From NCBI GenBank assembly GCA_041393015.1, contig JAWKKV010000013.1, forward strand, positions 3,255 through 67,254: a stretch of DNA of 64,000 nt, given 5' to 3'. Made by a program: the position numbers and the translations under genes. Below are positions 37,954-48,177 of this stretch, in pieces; position 1 is the first letter of the stretch, and the number at the start of each line of letters is the position of its first letter. The DNA is from Chitinophagales bacterium (GTDB lineage: Bacteria; Bacteroidota; Bacteroidia; Chitinophagales; JADIYW01). The notes beneath the pieces were generated by a model, which worked only from the letters and a program-made list of their open reading frames with translations, was not told the DNA's origin and searched no databases.

Positions 37954-38532
37954 ATGCAACGAATGAGTGAAAGAGATACTCTATATAAAGAATTGATAGC
38001 AGGTTGTTTAAAAAACAAACGAGATGCACAGAAAGGGCTTTATGACTTAATGTCGCCCAAAATGTTCTCTATTTGTTTACGATATGCAGATGGCTATCAG
38101 ACCGCAGAAGATTTGCTGCAAGAAGGATTTATTAAAGTATATAAATACATTAATAAGTATAGAGGAGATGGATCTTTTGAAGGTTGGATGAAAAGAATTT
38201 TTGTCAACACAGCTATTGAACATTATAGGAAGAAAGCCAGAATGTATCCTATAGTAAATTTAGATTATGTTGATTATGATTTAAAAGTGGAACAAATTGC
38301 AGATACGCTTGAGTTACAGGATTTACAAAATTTAATTGGGAAGTTGTCCCCGGGGTATAGGACGGTTTTCAATTTGTATGTCGTGGAAGGATATTCTCAC
38401 AGAGAAATAGGCGAAATGCTTTCAATTTCTGAAGGAACATCAAAATCACAATTAGCAAGAGCAAGATATCTGTTACAAAAAATGATAATAGAGGCCGATC
38501 AGGTCGGAAAGCATGAAACATTGGCGAAATAA
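37954..38532 (+). CDS. RNA polymerase ECF sigma factor
   Basis: 192 aa. Region 2 (EDLLQEGFIKVYKYI) and region 4 HTH (YSHREIGEMLSISEGTSKSQLARARYLL). Confidence 0.85.
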   Translation: MQRMSERDTLYKELIAGCLKNKRDAQKGLYDLMSPKMFSICLRYADGYQTAEDLLQEGFIKVYKYINKYRGDGSFEGWMKRIFVNTAIEHYRKKARMYPIVNLDYVDYDLKVEQIADTLELQDLQNLIGKLSPGYRTVFNLYVVEGYSHREIGEMLSISEGTSKSQLARARYLLQKMIIEADQVGKHETLAK

Positions 38533-40192
38533 TTGGGAAAAATTCGTAGGTAGAAAATTGCAGGATGCAGAGACCTCGCCAGAGGGTCACGTGTGGGAGT
38601 TAATTGAACAACAGTTAAATGCCCAAGATGCAAACTCAACCAGTAACACTTATAAAATAGCAGCAGCTTTAGCTTTATTGCTATTGATGGCTACTACCTC
38701 AATGTTTTTATTCAACTCGCCTAATGGTGAAATGGCCCAATTCAATCCTCATTTAACTTTAACATCTCTTGAAACGCCAACTAATATTGTTTCTGTAGCG
38801 GTTCAACCGGAGAAAGCAGATATAAAAGAGGCTATCGCAACAGATTTACAAAAGAAAAGAAATACACCAACCATTACTGCCAGTCTTAATCCTATTGAAG
38901 CAATTCCGTCCAATGAAATAGACTATACTAATGGAAGATTAAATAATCCCACTTTTAGTCCGATTTATAATCCTCAAGCTATTAAAGAATCTATTCAACC
39001 GGCTACGGAATATATTGCAGCGCATATTGAGAGTCAAAATAATTACATTTTAGGCAATCAAAATATCTCTATAGAAAATCATAGTTTGAATACTGTAAAA
39101 CAAGAGATTTTTGGTTTGAATACAACCAATTTGATTAATATTTCGAATGACTTCGTTCTTGAAAATGAAATTTTAATCAGCAATGCAAATTCACCTTCTA
39201 TTTTGTTTACTCAGGAAATGGCTCATATCAATTCATTAAAAGGTTCAGTAGTTCCAATGGACAATTTTATGGACCTCAATAATGAGTTAGCTTATCATCC
39301 AATGGCTTTGATGTCAAAAGAGAATGTTGCAGAGGTTAACTTAACTAATGAGGAAATGATGCTAGAAGTAGTTGATCAAGAATCAAATTGGTTAGCCGAA
39401 GCCACACAAGAGTTTAATGAGTGGAAGGCATCGGTTGAGTCTACAAAAGCAGAAGAACAATTGAAAAGGGAAATGGATAAACAAATTGAAGAAGAGTTGA
39501 TAGAAGAGGCTATTCTTGATGAAGACGATCCATTAACCAAACTTCAAAAGAAGCAAAAGGATTTGTACTATGCCAATAATATCAATAAAGGCTTTCATAT
39601 TGGTTTAGTGACCGGCGTTCAAAATACTTGGGTAATTAAATCAAGTAGAAATTCAGAAGTGAATAGAGATGATGTTCAATACAAGTTTTCTCCGGGTTAT
39701 CAAGTTGGGTTAAATTTTGGCTATGACATTACGAATCACTTTGGATTAATGGCGGAAGTTAAATTCTCAGATGAAGGCACCAAATATTACAATCCAGCAA
39801 AAGATAGAACAGAGCATTTAGATTTGAAATACATTGAAATTCCAGTTTACGTTAAATTCAAGCATAGTAAGCCAACGGCGAAAATGAAGCCTATGGTTTT
39901 CAATTATTTAGCCGGTGTGAGTTTTAGCGATTTAAGAAGTGTTTCAACAACCATCGATAATGAATTAGATCAACGATTTGCACAAGACTATAACACCAGT
40001 GAATGGGGATTGACTGCCGGTTTCGACTTTGATATTTACACCAATAGGAATCTATTTTGGACAGTAGGAACCAGAGCAAGCGTTAGTGGCTTATCAAAAA
40101 GCTTCCCTAAATTTAAAGGCGAAGAGGCCGGAACATTGAACTACAGCGTTGGTTTGTTTACTCGAATTAGCTTTAGAAAGCCAGGGAAGTAG
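38513..40192 (+). CDS. membrane-anchored protein with a C-terminal outer-membrane beta-barrel (porin-family) domain
   Basis: 559 aa. It overlaps the sigma gene by 20 bp. It has an N-terminal cytoplasmic segment, one TM helix (IAAALALLLLMATTSMFLF), a long polar linker and a C-terminal ~190 aa with alternating beta-strand character (GFHIGLVTGVQNTW..GLTAGFDFDIY). Confidence 0.6.
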   Translation: MKHWRNNWEKFVGRKLQDAETSPEGHVWELIEQQLNAQDANSTSNTYKIAAALALLLLMATTSMFLFNSPNGEMAQFNPHLTLTSLETPTNIVSVAVQPEKADIKEAIATDLQKKRNTPTITASLNPIEAIPSNEIDYTNGRLNNPTFSPIYNPQAIKESIQPATEYIAAHIESQNNYILGNQNISIENHSLNTVKQEIFGLNTTNLINISNDFVLENEILISNANSPSILFTQEMAHINSLKGSVVPMDNFMDLNNELAYHPMALMSKENVAEVNLTNEEMMLEVVDQESNWLAEATQEFNEWKASVESTKAEEQLKREMDKQIEEELIEEAILDEDDPLTKLQKKQKDLYYANNINKGFHIGLVTGVQNTWVIKSSRNSEVNRDDVQYKFSPGYQVGLNFGYDITNHFGLMAEVKFSDEGTKYYNPAKDRTEHLDLKYIEIPVYVKFKHSKPTAKMKPMVFNYLAGVSFSDLRSVSTTIDNELDQRFAQDYNTSEWGLTAGFDFDIYTNRNLFWTVGTRASVSGLSKSFPKFKGEEAGTLNYSVGLFTRISFRKPGK

Positions 40193-40427
40193 AAAGTTTA
40201 AGATTCAAGATTCAAACTCAAGCTCAAACACAAGATCAAATTCAAATTCAAGATATAATCTTGCGAGTGCAGGACCAGTATCAAGACTAGAATTCAATAT
40301 ATAAAAATTTTATTCTCCCTTTCTAATTCTAAACTCTCTATCAAATTAATTACTTTGTGTCCTTTGTGAAACAATCTTAGTGTCCCTTGTGCTTGCCTGC
40401 AGCAGGCAGGGTTTAAATAATCAACTA

Positions 40428-41240
40428 ATGTCAAACAACAAAAGAGTATTTATTACCGGTGGAGCTTCGGGCTTAGGAAAAGCTTTGGCCTTAAAATATG
40501 CCAAGGAAGGCTATCGAGTTTGTATTGGCGATATCAATGAATCGGATGGAAAGACCGTCGCCAGCGAGTTAGCTAAAACCTATTCAAGTGAAGTTATTTT
40601 TAAACATTGCGACGTTACTTCTGAAGCATCGATACAAAAAGTTGCCGATGATTTGATGAGCGAATGGAATGGAGTAGATGTGGTGATTAATAATGCCGGA
40701 GTGGCTACTTCAGCACCTATTGATAAAGGATCAATGGAAGATTGGGAATGGGTGATTAATATCAATCTTTTAGGCGTGGTTCGAGGTTGTAAAATTTTTA
40801 CACCAATGTTTAAACAACAAGGTAATGGCTATTTTATCAATATTGCTTCTATGGCTGGCATTATTCATTTGCCATTTATGAGCAGTTATAACGCTACAAA
40901 ATCAGCTGTGGTGGCCTTATCTGAAACCTTGAAAATGGAATTGGTGGATGATAATATAGGAGTTACTGTGGTCTGTCCATCTTTTTTTAAAACTAATTTA
41001 GACGCTTCTATGCGGTCTAGTGAACAAATGAAAAAGACGGTTAGAAAGTTGTTTGAAAAGTCGCCTATAAGTGCAGAAGATGTAGCAAAGATGATTTATG
41101 ATGGTCATCAGAAAGGAGATTTCTATGTCATCACCCATAAAAAAGGAAGAACAGCATTTTGGATGAAGAAGCTGTTACCCACTAAAATATTTCATCAAAA
41201 TCTATATAAAGAAACTAAACCGTTTAGGAAAAAGAAATAG
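40428..41240 (+). CDS. SDR-family oxidoreductase
   Basis: VFITGGASGLGKALA and YNATKSAV motifs. The start is trimmed to the ATG at 40428, because the upstream track extension lies in repeat DNA. Confidence 0.8.
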   Translation: MSNNKRVFITGGASGLGKALALKYAKEGYRVCIGDINESDGKTVASELAKTYSSEVIFKHCDVTSEASIQKVADDLMSEWNGVDVVINNAGVATSAPIDKGSMEDWEWVININLLGVVRGCKIFTPMFKQQGNGYFINIASMAGIIHLPFMSSYNATKSAVVALSETLKMELVDDNIGVTVVCPSFFKTNLDASMRSSEQMKKTVRKLFEKSPISAEDVAKMIYDGHQKGDFYVITHKKGRTAFWMKKLLPTKIFHQNLYKETKPFRKKK

Positions 41241-41458
41241 GACACAGATTTCACGAATTATTCAGATAGTGTAATAGATTTAGGTATTCTTTTTAATTTA
41301 GTTTTGGATTTCTTTGATTTTGGTGGTGCTTATGCGTCCAATTTTGTGTGATAATTATATAAAAGTGGGAAACTAAAAAGAAATTAATTTCATGCATTCT
41401 TTTACTGATAATTGGTGATAAATCTAAAGTAATTTATAAAATCAGTGAAATCTGTGTC
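41241..41458. repeat. intergenic segment bounded by a perfect 14-bp inverted repeat GACACAGATTTCAC / GTGAAATCTGTGTC
   Basis: Arms at 41241-41254 and 41445-41458 are exact reverse complements. Confidence 0.9.
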
Positions 41459-41477
41459 AAAAAATCAAGAGAAAATA

Positions 41478-42551
41478 ATGTCAAATTCAAATATTCTAGA
41501 TAAAGCCAAATCAGTTCGCGAAGGAGAAGAACTAGATATTCACGCGGTACAAAATTGGTTGTCGAGTCAAATTGATATCTCAGATGAAGTGCCTACGGTT
41601 ACTCAGTATTCTGGCGGCGCTTCCAATTGGACGTACTGTTTAACTTATTCAGATCAAGAATTGATTTTACGTAGACCGCCTGCCGGAACGAAAGCGAAAT
41701 CTGCTCATGATATGAATCGAGAGTACAAAGTACAAAGTGGCTTAATCAGTGTATTTCCTTATGTGCCCAAAATGTTAGCCTTTTGCGACGATGAAGCCGT
41801 AATGGGTTGTGATTTCTATGTAATGGAAAAGTTGAATGGCATTATTCCAAGAGCTAATTTGCCCAAAGGTTTAAATTTATCTAAACAAGAAGTGAATCAA
41901 CTTTGTACTAATGTTTTGGATCGATTGGTGGAGTTGCATCAAGTGGATTATAAAGCGGCTGGATTGGATACTTTGGGCAAAGGAGAGGGTTATACCAAAC
42001 GTCAAATTGAAGGTTGGATCAAACGATACGGAAAGGCGAAAACGTGGAATGTGCCTTCTTATAAAAAGGTGATGGTATGGTTGCAAGAACGTATCCCTGG
42101 AGATGTGGCCACTTGTGTCATTCATAATGATTACCGTTTTGATAATGTTGTTTTACATCCGGAAGAAGTTACCAGAGTGATTGGTATTTTGGACTGGGAA
42201 TTATCTACGTTAGGCGATCCGCTAATGGAACTGGGCAGCAGTTTAGCTTATTGGATTCAGGACGATGACAACTTTGCCTTCAAGGCCTCTAGAAGACAGC
42301 CTACCAATTTGCCCGGCATGTTGAATAGGGAAGAAGTAGTAGAATACTATTTGGATAAGATGAATCTTAAAATCGATAATTGGGAATTCTATGAAGTATA
42401 TGGCTTGTTTCGATTAGCGGGCATCTTACAACAAATCTATTATAGATATCATCATAAGCAAACCAGAAATCCAGCTTTTAAAAACTTCTGGATTTTAAAC
42501 CATGCGTTGAATAGAAGATGTTTGCAAGTGATGAAATATGCGAAGAAATAA
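41478..42551 (+). CDS. phosphotransferase (APH/ACAD10-like kinase fold) family protein
   Basis: IHNDYRFDNVVL catalytic loop and DWELSTLGDP. The start is trimmed to the ATG at 41478. Confidence 0.7.
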   Translation: MSNSNILDKAKSVREGEELDIHAVQNWLSSQIDISDEVPTVTQYSGGASNWTYCLTYSDQELILRRPPAGTKAKSAHDMNREYKVQSGLISVFPYVPKMLAFCDDEAVMGCDFYVMEKLNGIIPRANLPKGLNLSKQEVNQLCTNVLDRLVELHQVDYKAAGLDTLGKGEGYTKRQIEGWIKRYGKAKTWNVPSYKKVMVWLQERIPGDVATCVIHNDYRFDNVVLHPEEVTRVIGILDWELSTLGDPLMELGSSLAYWIQDDDNFAFKASRRQPTNLPGMLNREEVVEYYLDKMNLKIDNWEFYEVYGLFRLAGILQQIYYRYHHKQTRNPAFKNFWILNHALNRRCLQVMKYAKK

Positions 42552-42572
42552 GCTTACTAAAAATAGAATCTA

Positions 42573-42959
42573 ATGTCAGGATATATACAACCAAGTCCAC
42601 AACAAATGGCTGAGATAATGAAATTGCCTAAGGATAAACCGGTGGTAATGATCAACCTTTTGAAGTTTAAAGCATTAACCGAAGATGGTAAAACTAGTGG
42701 ATTTGAAAGGTATATTGAGTATTCTAAAGCGGTTATGCCCTTTTTGATGGCAGCAGGAGCTGAAATTGTATATATGGGCGAAGCACATCCAACGATTATA
42801 GGTTCAGAAGAAGAACATTGGCATCATGTTGCCTTGGTCAAATATCCTAATATTGATAAATTTCTAAACATGATACAAGCACACGAATATCCTCATGAGT
42901 TAAGAAGTAGTGCATTAGAAGATTCAAGGTTGATACCAAGTATGAATGATAGAGTATAG
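42573..42959 (+). CDS. DUF1330 domain protein
   Basis: 128 aa. Its size and character fit DUF1330. The assignment is from memory. Confidence 0.5.
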   Translation: MSGYIQPSPQQMAEIMKLPKDKPVVMINLLKFKALTEDGKTSGFERYIEYSKAVMPFLMAAGAEIVYMGEAHPTIIGSEEEHWHHVALVKYPNIDKFLNMIQAHEYPHELRSSALEDSRLIPSMNDRV

Positions 42960-43019
42960 ACACTAGATTAAAAGTCTAACTAAGAAAAATTACAATATTC
43001 ATCTTAGAATTATATAGTC

Positions 43020-43038
43020 AAATTTGCGTAGCAAATTT
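43020..43038. terminator. palindrome AAATTTGC-GTA-GCAAATTT between convergent genes
   Basis: 8-bp perfect arms around a GTA triloop. Nearly the same sequence occurs at 37183-37203. Confidence 0.45.
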
Positions 43039-43075
43039 CACTCGAAACTCTACATTTGAAACTTGAAACTCAGAA

Positions 43076-43849
43076 TTACTTAATCTCCCAAGCATCACCC
43101 CACAATCGCTGTCCACCATCCACATAAACGGTTTCTCCTGTGATAAAAGAAGCCATAGGACTAGCTAAGAAAACGGCCATCCAACCCACTTCTTCCATGG
43201 TGCCCATTCGTTTCATGGGAATTCTTTCGTAAATGGCTTTTAAAAACTGTTCTGGATATTGCTCTAATCCTGATGACTTGATAATACCCGGGGCAATAGC
43301 ATTCACACGAATACCGTATGTAATCCATTCAATAGATAAAGACTTGGTAAGGTTATCGACGCCGGCTCTGGCAGCACCAGTATGCGCCATGCCTGGAAAT
43401 CCTCTGTAAATTTCAGCGATTATATTAATGATGTTGCCTGATTTCTGAGGAATGAAAAATTTATTTGCCATCGTTTGCGTTACTAAAAATGTACCATTCA
43501 AGTTGTTGTTGATGACGGCTCGCCAACCGTTTGGTGTAATATCTTTTGCCGCAGAAGGAAACTGTCCTCCGGCATTGTTGATCAAGATGTCTAATGTCCC
43601 AAATTCTTTTTTAATTTCATCTGCCACTCTAGCACTTTCATCTTCTTCTCTTATATCTAAAGTAGTGCCATAGCAATTGCCAAATTCGCGTAATTCTGCG
43701 GAGGCTTTATCAATTCTTTCTTGCTTCCTAGAGGCAATCGCCACATTGGCGCCTAAATTCAAAAATTGCTTGGCCATTACATAGCCAATTCCACTTCCAC
43801 CACCGGTAATAAATATATTTTTATCCTTAAATAAGTTAGGTTGAAACAT
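43076..43849 (-). CDS. SDR-family oxidoreductase (enoyl/dienoyl-CoA reductase-like)
   Basis: 257 aa. ITGGGSGIGY cofactor motif and an SDR layout. Confidence 0.75.
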   Translation of the reverse strand: MFQPNLFKDKNIFITGGGSGIGYVMAKQFLNLGANVAIASRKQERIDKASAELREFGNCYGTTLDIREEDESARVADEIKKEFGTLDILINNAGGQFPSAAKDITPNGWRAVINNNLNGTFLVTQTMANKFFIPQKSGNIINIIAEIYRGFPGMAHTGAARAGVDNLTKSLSIEWITYGIRVNAIAPGIIKSSGLEQYPEQFLKAIYERIPMKRMGTMEEVGWMAVFLASPMASFITGETVYVDGGQRLWGDAWEIK

Positions 43850-43914
43850 GTTAATCTGATTTTGGCGGAAGATAGCGAAACTTTCTACTAAGAGAAAAAA
43901 AATGACTTAAAAAT

Positions 43915-44886
43915 CTACCAATCTAAAAAGGCTGCAGAATAAATTCTACTCAAACCATTTTCATATTGATGTACATCAGATAGATATTCGTCAAAAGTTA
44001 AAGGGATGTTGTATGAATTAGCAGTTCTTCTTTCACTTGTAAAATAAAGCGTAGAAGTTTGTAAATCTACGAAAGGACAGTAATCTAAAGCTGTTGAATT
44101 GATGTTAGCGCCAAGGTTAATTGCTTTCGACCAATTTTTATTGGCATCTTGATAGCTGATATATAAATCAGCACTACCAAACCCATCAGGTCTATTGTAG
44201 CCGGAGAATAATATAAAACTTTCATCAGGAGCAACAAAGGCATTGAATTCATAGCCATCAGTGTTGATAGAATCGCTTAGAGAAATGGGTGTAGTATATT
44301 GTCCATCAATTAGTTGGCTCACATAAATATCTTCTTTCCCTTTTGAATCTTCTCTTTCAGCAGTAAAATATAAATTGCCGTTTAAAGCAATAGAAGGGTA
44401 AAATTCTTGTCCTTCTGTATTGATAGATTCGCCCATGTTTTTAGGTTCAGACCAAGCTGAAGCTAAATCCATTCTTTCTACCATCCAAATATCCATGTCT
44501 TTGGTTTTGGAAGAATCCGGATGAATCGGTCGATTGGAGGCAAAATAGAGCTTTAATCCATCTGCAGAAAGCGACGGTTCTAAATCATTATACAGACCTG
44601 AAAAACTGGCCATTTCTTTATTAACTTGTCCATCTGTATCAAAAATTCTGACAATAGCGGAAGTTTCCTTTTTGTAAGATTCAACTGTTATATAGACCTC
44701 GCTTTTATCATTGGTCATGGTTATATCTCTTACATTCGGTATCGTACCAAAAACTTCATAAAGTAATGCTTGTATTGAATAGTCTTTTATTGATTTTTCT
44801 TGAACTACTTCCTCAGTCTTAGTTTGGCAACTGATGAAAATTACAATTAAAACAAAAGTTAGTGTTGAGTTGATGATTTTTGACAT
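43915..44886 (-). CDS. PD40/TolB-like beta-propeller lipoprotein
   Basis: 323 aa. Signal peptide with Cys (FISCQ) and a repeated LYFASNR / LYFTAER / LYFTSER PD40 signature. Confidence 0.65.
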   Translation of the reverse strand: MSKIINSTLTFVLIVIFISCQTKTEEVVQEKSIKDYSIQALLYEVFGTIPNVRDITMTNDKSEVYITVESYKKETSAIVRIFDTDGQVNKEMASFSGLYNDLEPSLSADGLKLYFASNRPIHPDSSKTKDMDIWMVERMDLASAWSEPKNMGESINTEGQEFYPSIALNGNLYFTAEREDSKGKEDIYVSQLIDGQYTTPISLSDSINTDGYEFNAFVAPDESFILFSGYNRPDGFGSADLYISYQDANKNWSKAINLGANINSTALDYCPFVDLQTSTLYFTSERRTANSYNIPLTFDEYLSDVHQYENGLSRIYSAAFLDW

Positions 44887-44995
44887 GACACAGTTTCTTA
44901 TCAGGATTAAGACGCATATTAGATATAATTACATAAAAGAAATAGAATACAGCAGAAAATCTATGGTAGGATGTCTAGCATCTTAGATCTATAAC

Positions 44996-45730
44996 CTAAT
45001 TCTCAAACACCTGCGGAGGCAATTCGTCAGGATCTTTATAGGTGCCACCAATTCTATCCCAAAAGGTAAAAAATTGTCCAAAATTATAATTGTTATACCA
45101 ATGGTGTGCCGTATGATGATCGGTGTAATTAATCACCTTCCAATTGATGAAACTTACTCTATCATGGATCATCACTGCCCAAACCGTTACAAATGTTAGA
45201 AATCCCAAATAAACATATATATGTACAGGAAACAAAAACATGCATAAATGATGAGGCAAAGCTTGGGCAAAACTATCTACCGGATGAAAAGCTACAGAGG
45301 CCCATGGGGTTGGCAATCTGAATTGATGATGATAGTAATGCAAATGCTTATAAGGCTTTTTCCAATGCAACCATCTGTGCGTCCAATAGATAGAAGTTTC
45401 TGTAACAAATAGGTAAAGAAAAATACTGATAATTAACCAACCGATACCATAATCACCAACATTATAGTAAATCTTAGTTTTATCTTTCAACATTAGTAAA
45501 TGCAATGGGGCCACTACAATAGCATTACCTACTAAAGATATGATTGCCCATTTAATGGATGCCTTAATCTTTTCTGGTTTTTTCTTGTATTTAGGATGGT
45601 ATTTGTCTTTCTTTTTAACGAAGAAAAAGTAATAGCTTAAACCTGATAAAATAAAATAAAGCAAAAGTCCATTAACAATAATGAACAAGAACATCATGGG
45701 TAAATTATGAAAAGCTTCCGGTAAAAACAT
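44996..45730 (-). CDS. sterol desaturase / fatty acid hydroxylase family membrane protein
   Basis: 244 aa. Histidine boxes HRWLHW, HYYHH and HTAHH. Confidence 0.75.
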   Translation of the reverse strand: MFLPEAFHNLPMMFLFIIVNGLLLYFILSGLSYYFFFVKKKDKYHPKYKKKPEKIKASIKWAIISLVGNAIVVAPLHLLMLKDKTKIYYNVGDYGIGWLIISIFLYLFVTETSIYWTHRWLHWKKPYKHLHYYHHQFRLPTPWASVAFHPVDSFAQALPHHLCMFLFPVHIYVYLGFLTFVTVWAVMIHDRVSFINWKVINYTDHHTAHHWYNNYNFGQFFTFWDRIGGTYKDPDELPPQVFEN

Positions 45731-45962
45731 TAAAGAAATGGTTTAAGATTACACTTCGAATGCTTGAAAATAAGTAAATATTTTTAATTACTTGTAAACG
45801 GTGAGATGAATTGAATTTCAATACCTTAGACAAAGATGAAGGTTAAACCTTTTGTAAAAGGTGAATAGAAAAAAAATGGACACAAATTCCACAAATTCTC
45901 ACTTATATTAATGTTGATTTACTCTGCTTACTTTTTTTGAGTTTAGAATTTTACCGATTAAA

Positions 45963-45981
45963 TTGCCGCTTTTGGCGGCAA
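45963..45981 (-). terminator. GC-rich hairpin downstream of the helicase gene
   Basis: Stem TTGCCGC / GCGGCAA with a 5-nt loop, about 150 nt past the minus-strand stop at 46130. TTTAAT follows it on the minus strand. Confidence 0.4.
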
Positions 45982-46129
45982 AATCCATGTAATTATTTTT
46001 AAACCAATATAAACACTGAAACAAAAGGAATTAACAATTTTAGATTGTAAATAAATGCGGAGGAATAACGTGATTTATAATACAAATTTGCGAAATCCGT
46101 GTCAAAAAAAATATTAACACACCTAATTG

Positions 46130-47869
46130 TTACTCTAAAAATGCAACCCCTAATCTGATGTCGTCCCAACTTAATTTTCCTTTAAAGTGATCAAAAAGTG
46201 GTTTGATTTTTATATCGCCTTTTTCGGAAAAATAAAATTCTTTCATGTCAACCGATAGCTTTTCGTGAGCTTTGAGTAGTTTCTTCATTATAGAAGCATC
46301 GGGTCTAAATCGCTCTATATCAGTATTGGGAAAGTCCTTGTTAATACGGGCAAGATGTCCAGCAATAGTGCCTATGGTTAATCCTCTCGCTTCTGCAATA
46401 GCTTCCAAATCTAAGCCTTGCTCAATCAAAATTTTGGTTTGCTCATAAGTACTTACTTTCTTTTCCTTTGCAGTCTTGCCTTTACTTTTTTTTTGAAGTT
46501 TGGCTTCATTTAATTTGATAGCGGCTTGATTAATTGTACCGCCTGCTCTTAAAATGAATTTACTGTATTCATCCTCTAACTCTGCGATACTATATTTTAA
46601 ATCAGCTTCATTACTCAATTCTTGAAATCGAAGATCTGCTTTTAAGGCAAGCGGGTCAACTTCTAAGGCAATATCATTGAAGTCTGTAAGTTTTAAACCA
46701 TCCATGTCTTTTAGCCTCGATAAGGCCACATATCCTTGTCCTCTTTCAAAAGTTTTGCCTAAATCAATTTCTGCTGCATCTAAGGTCATTCCTTGACTTT
46801 TATGCACCGTTATCGCCCAGCCCAAACGCAATGGTAATTGGGTTAAACTAACCAATGAAGTGCCTTTCTCATTATCAATCGACCACTTTTCGGCATATAC
46901 GTGTATAATATCACCTTGAATCGTTTTTACAACGGGCACAATCTTATTTTCACCATCAATATCTTCTTCCTTAAAATCGATTACTTTACCAATCGTTCCA
47001 TTCATAAATCCGGCTTCGTAATTGTTTTTAACAAACATCACTTTGGCCCCTAATTTCAATGTAAGTACTTCTGGTGCTAAGACAGACTTCACCAACATAT
47101 CAGCCATTTTTTCATTGCCTTTTGTTTCGGCTTTAAATTCAAACGGATCACCTTCTAAAGAGGCTAGAAATTCTTCATTCACTTGATCAACATCAAAATT
47201 ATGACTGAATAATCGGGTAGGAGCGTTATCGTTTAAAATGGTATGTTTTGCTTCATATAATATAGACAAACTGTTTTTACTTACGCTGCCGGATCTTATC
47301 TCATTTAAAATTTGATTGAGATCATTTTCTGTTTGCCTAAATTGTTCAGTTAAATAACAAACGGTAAAGTTGGCTTGCACCCAAGCCGGCGCCATAAAAG
47401 CAAACTTATCTCTATTACTTTCTTCAGTTTTTGAAACAGGAGGAAGTTGGAAAAAATCTCCTGATAAAATCACCTGTATACCGCCAAATGGTTCGTAATT
47501 GCCTTTAAAATGCTGTAAAACTTTATTGACCATTTCTAACTGACGCTTATGCAGCATAGAAATTTCATCTAAAATCAATACTTCAACAGTTGTCAACTTT
47601 TTAAAAAGATATTGCTTGTCCATCAATTTTTTAAGATCAGAAGAAGATAAGCTATCTTTTATGCCGATACCAGCCCATGAGTGGATGGTTTGACCATTCA
47701 TGTGCGTAGCGGCAATACCTGTAGAAGCAGTAATGGCAACCGGTACTTTTCTCGCTTTTAAATAATCGATATATTGGTTTAAAACATAGGTTTTTCCAGC
47801 GCCGGCAGAACCGGTTAGAAATACATTTTTACCAGATTTTAGTATTGAAAGTGCTTTTTCTTGCTTCAT
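46130..47869 (-). CDS. PIF1/RecD-like P-loop helicase with a C-terminal helix-turn-helix region
   Basis: 579 aa. Walker A GSAGAGKTY, TASTGIAATHMNGQTIHSW, LILDEISM and TVHKSQG. Confidence 0.8.
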   Translation of the reverse strand: MKQEKALSILKSGKNVFLTGSAGAGKTYVLNQYIDYLKARKVPVAITASTGIAATHMNGQTIHSWAGIGIKDSLSSSDLKKLMDKQYLFKKLTTVEVLILDEISMLHKRQLEMVNKVLQHFKGNYEPFGGIQVILSGDFFQLPPVSKTEESNRDKFAFMAPAWVQANFTVCYLTEQFRQTENDLNQILNEIRSGSVSKNSLSILYEAKHTILNDNAPTRLFSHNFDVDQVNEEFLASLEGDPFEFKAETKGNEKMADMLVKSVLAPEVLTLKLGAKVMFVKNNYEAGFMNGTIGKVIDFKEEDIDGENKIVPVVKTIQGDIIHVYAEKWSIDNEKGTSLVSLTQLPLRLGWAITVHKSQGMTLDAAEIDLGKTFERGQGYVALSRLKDMDGLKLTDFNDIALEVDPLALKADLRFQELSNEADLKYSIAELEDEYSKFILRAGGTINQAAIKLNEAKLQKKSKGKTAKEKKVSTYEQTKILIEQGLDLEAIAEARGLTIGTIAGHLARINKDFPNTDIERFRPDASIMKKLLKAHEKLSVDMKEFYFSEKGDIKIKPLFDHFKGKLSWDDIRLGVAFLE

Positions 47870-48177
47870 TTATCAAACTCAAAATTAGTAGAATAACTTA
47901 TTTATAGAGTATTAAAAACATCAAATTCCATAATAACTCGAAAAAAATAAAAATTCTAATGTGCATTTAAGATGTAATTTTTTTTTAATTAGGAAAAGTG
48001 ATACGGACGCTATAGCTATGTTTTAGAATAGTAAAATTATTAGTGATAGAAGCTTTACTTTGTTGCATAACAATCAGCATTTATAACATATATTAAAACT
48101 GTAAAATATGTTAATGAAATAACCACTTTGAAGCCTTATTTTCGTGGTGTTCAATTTTTAACCACACTGAATTTGTT

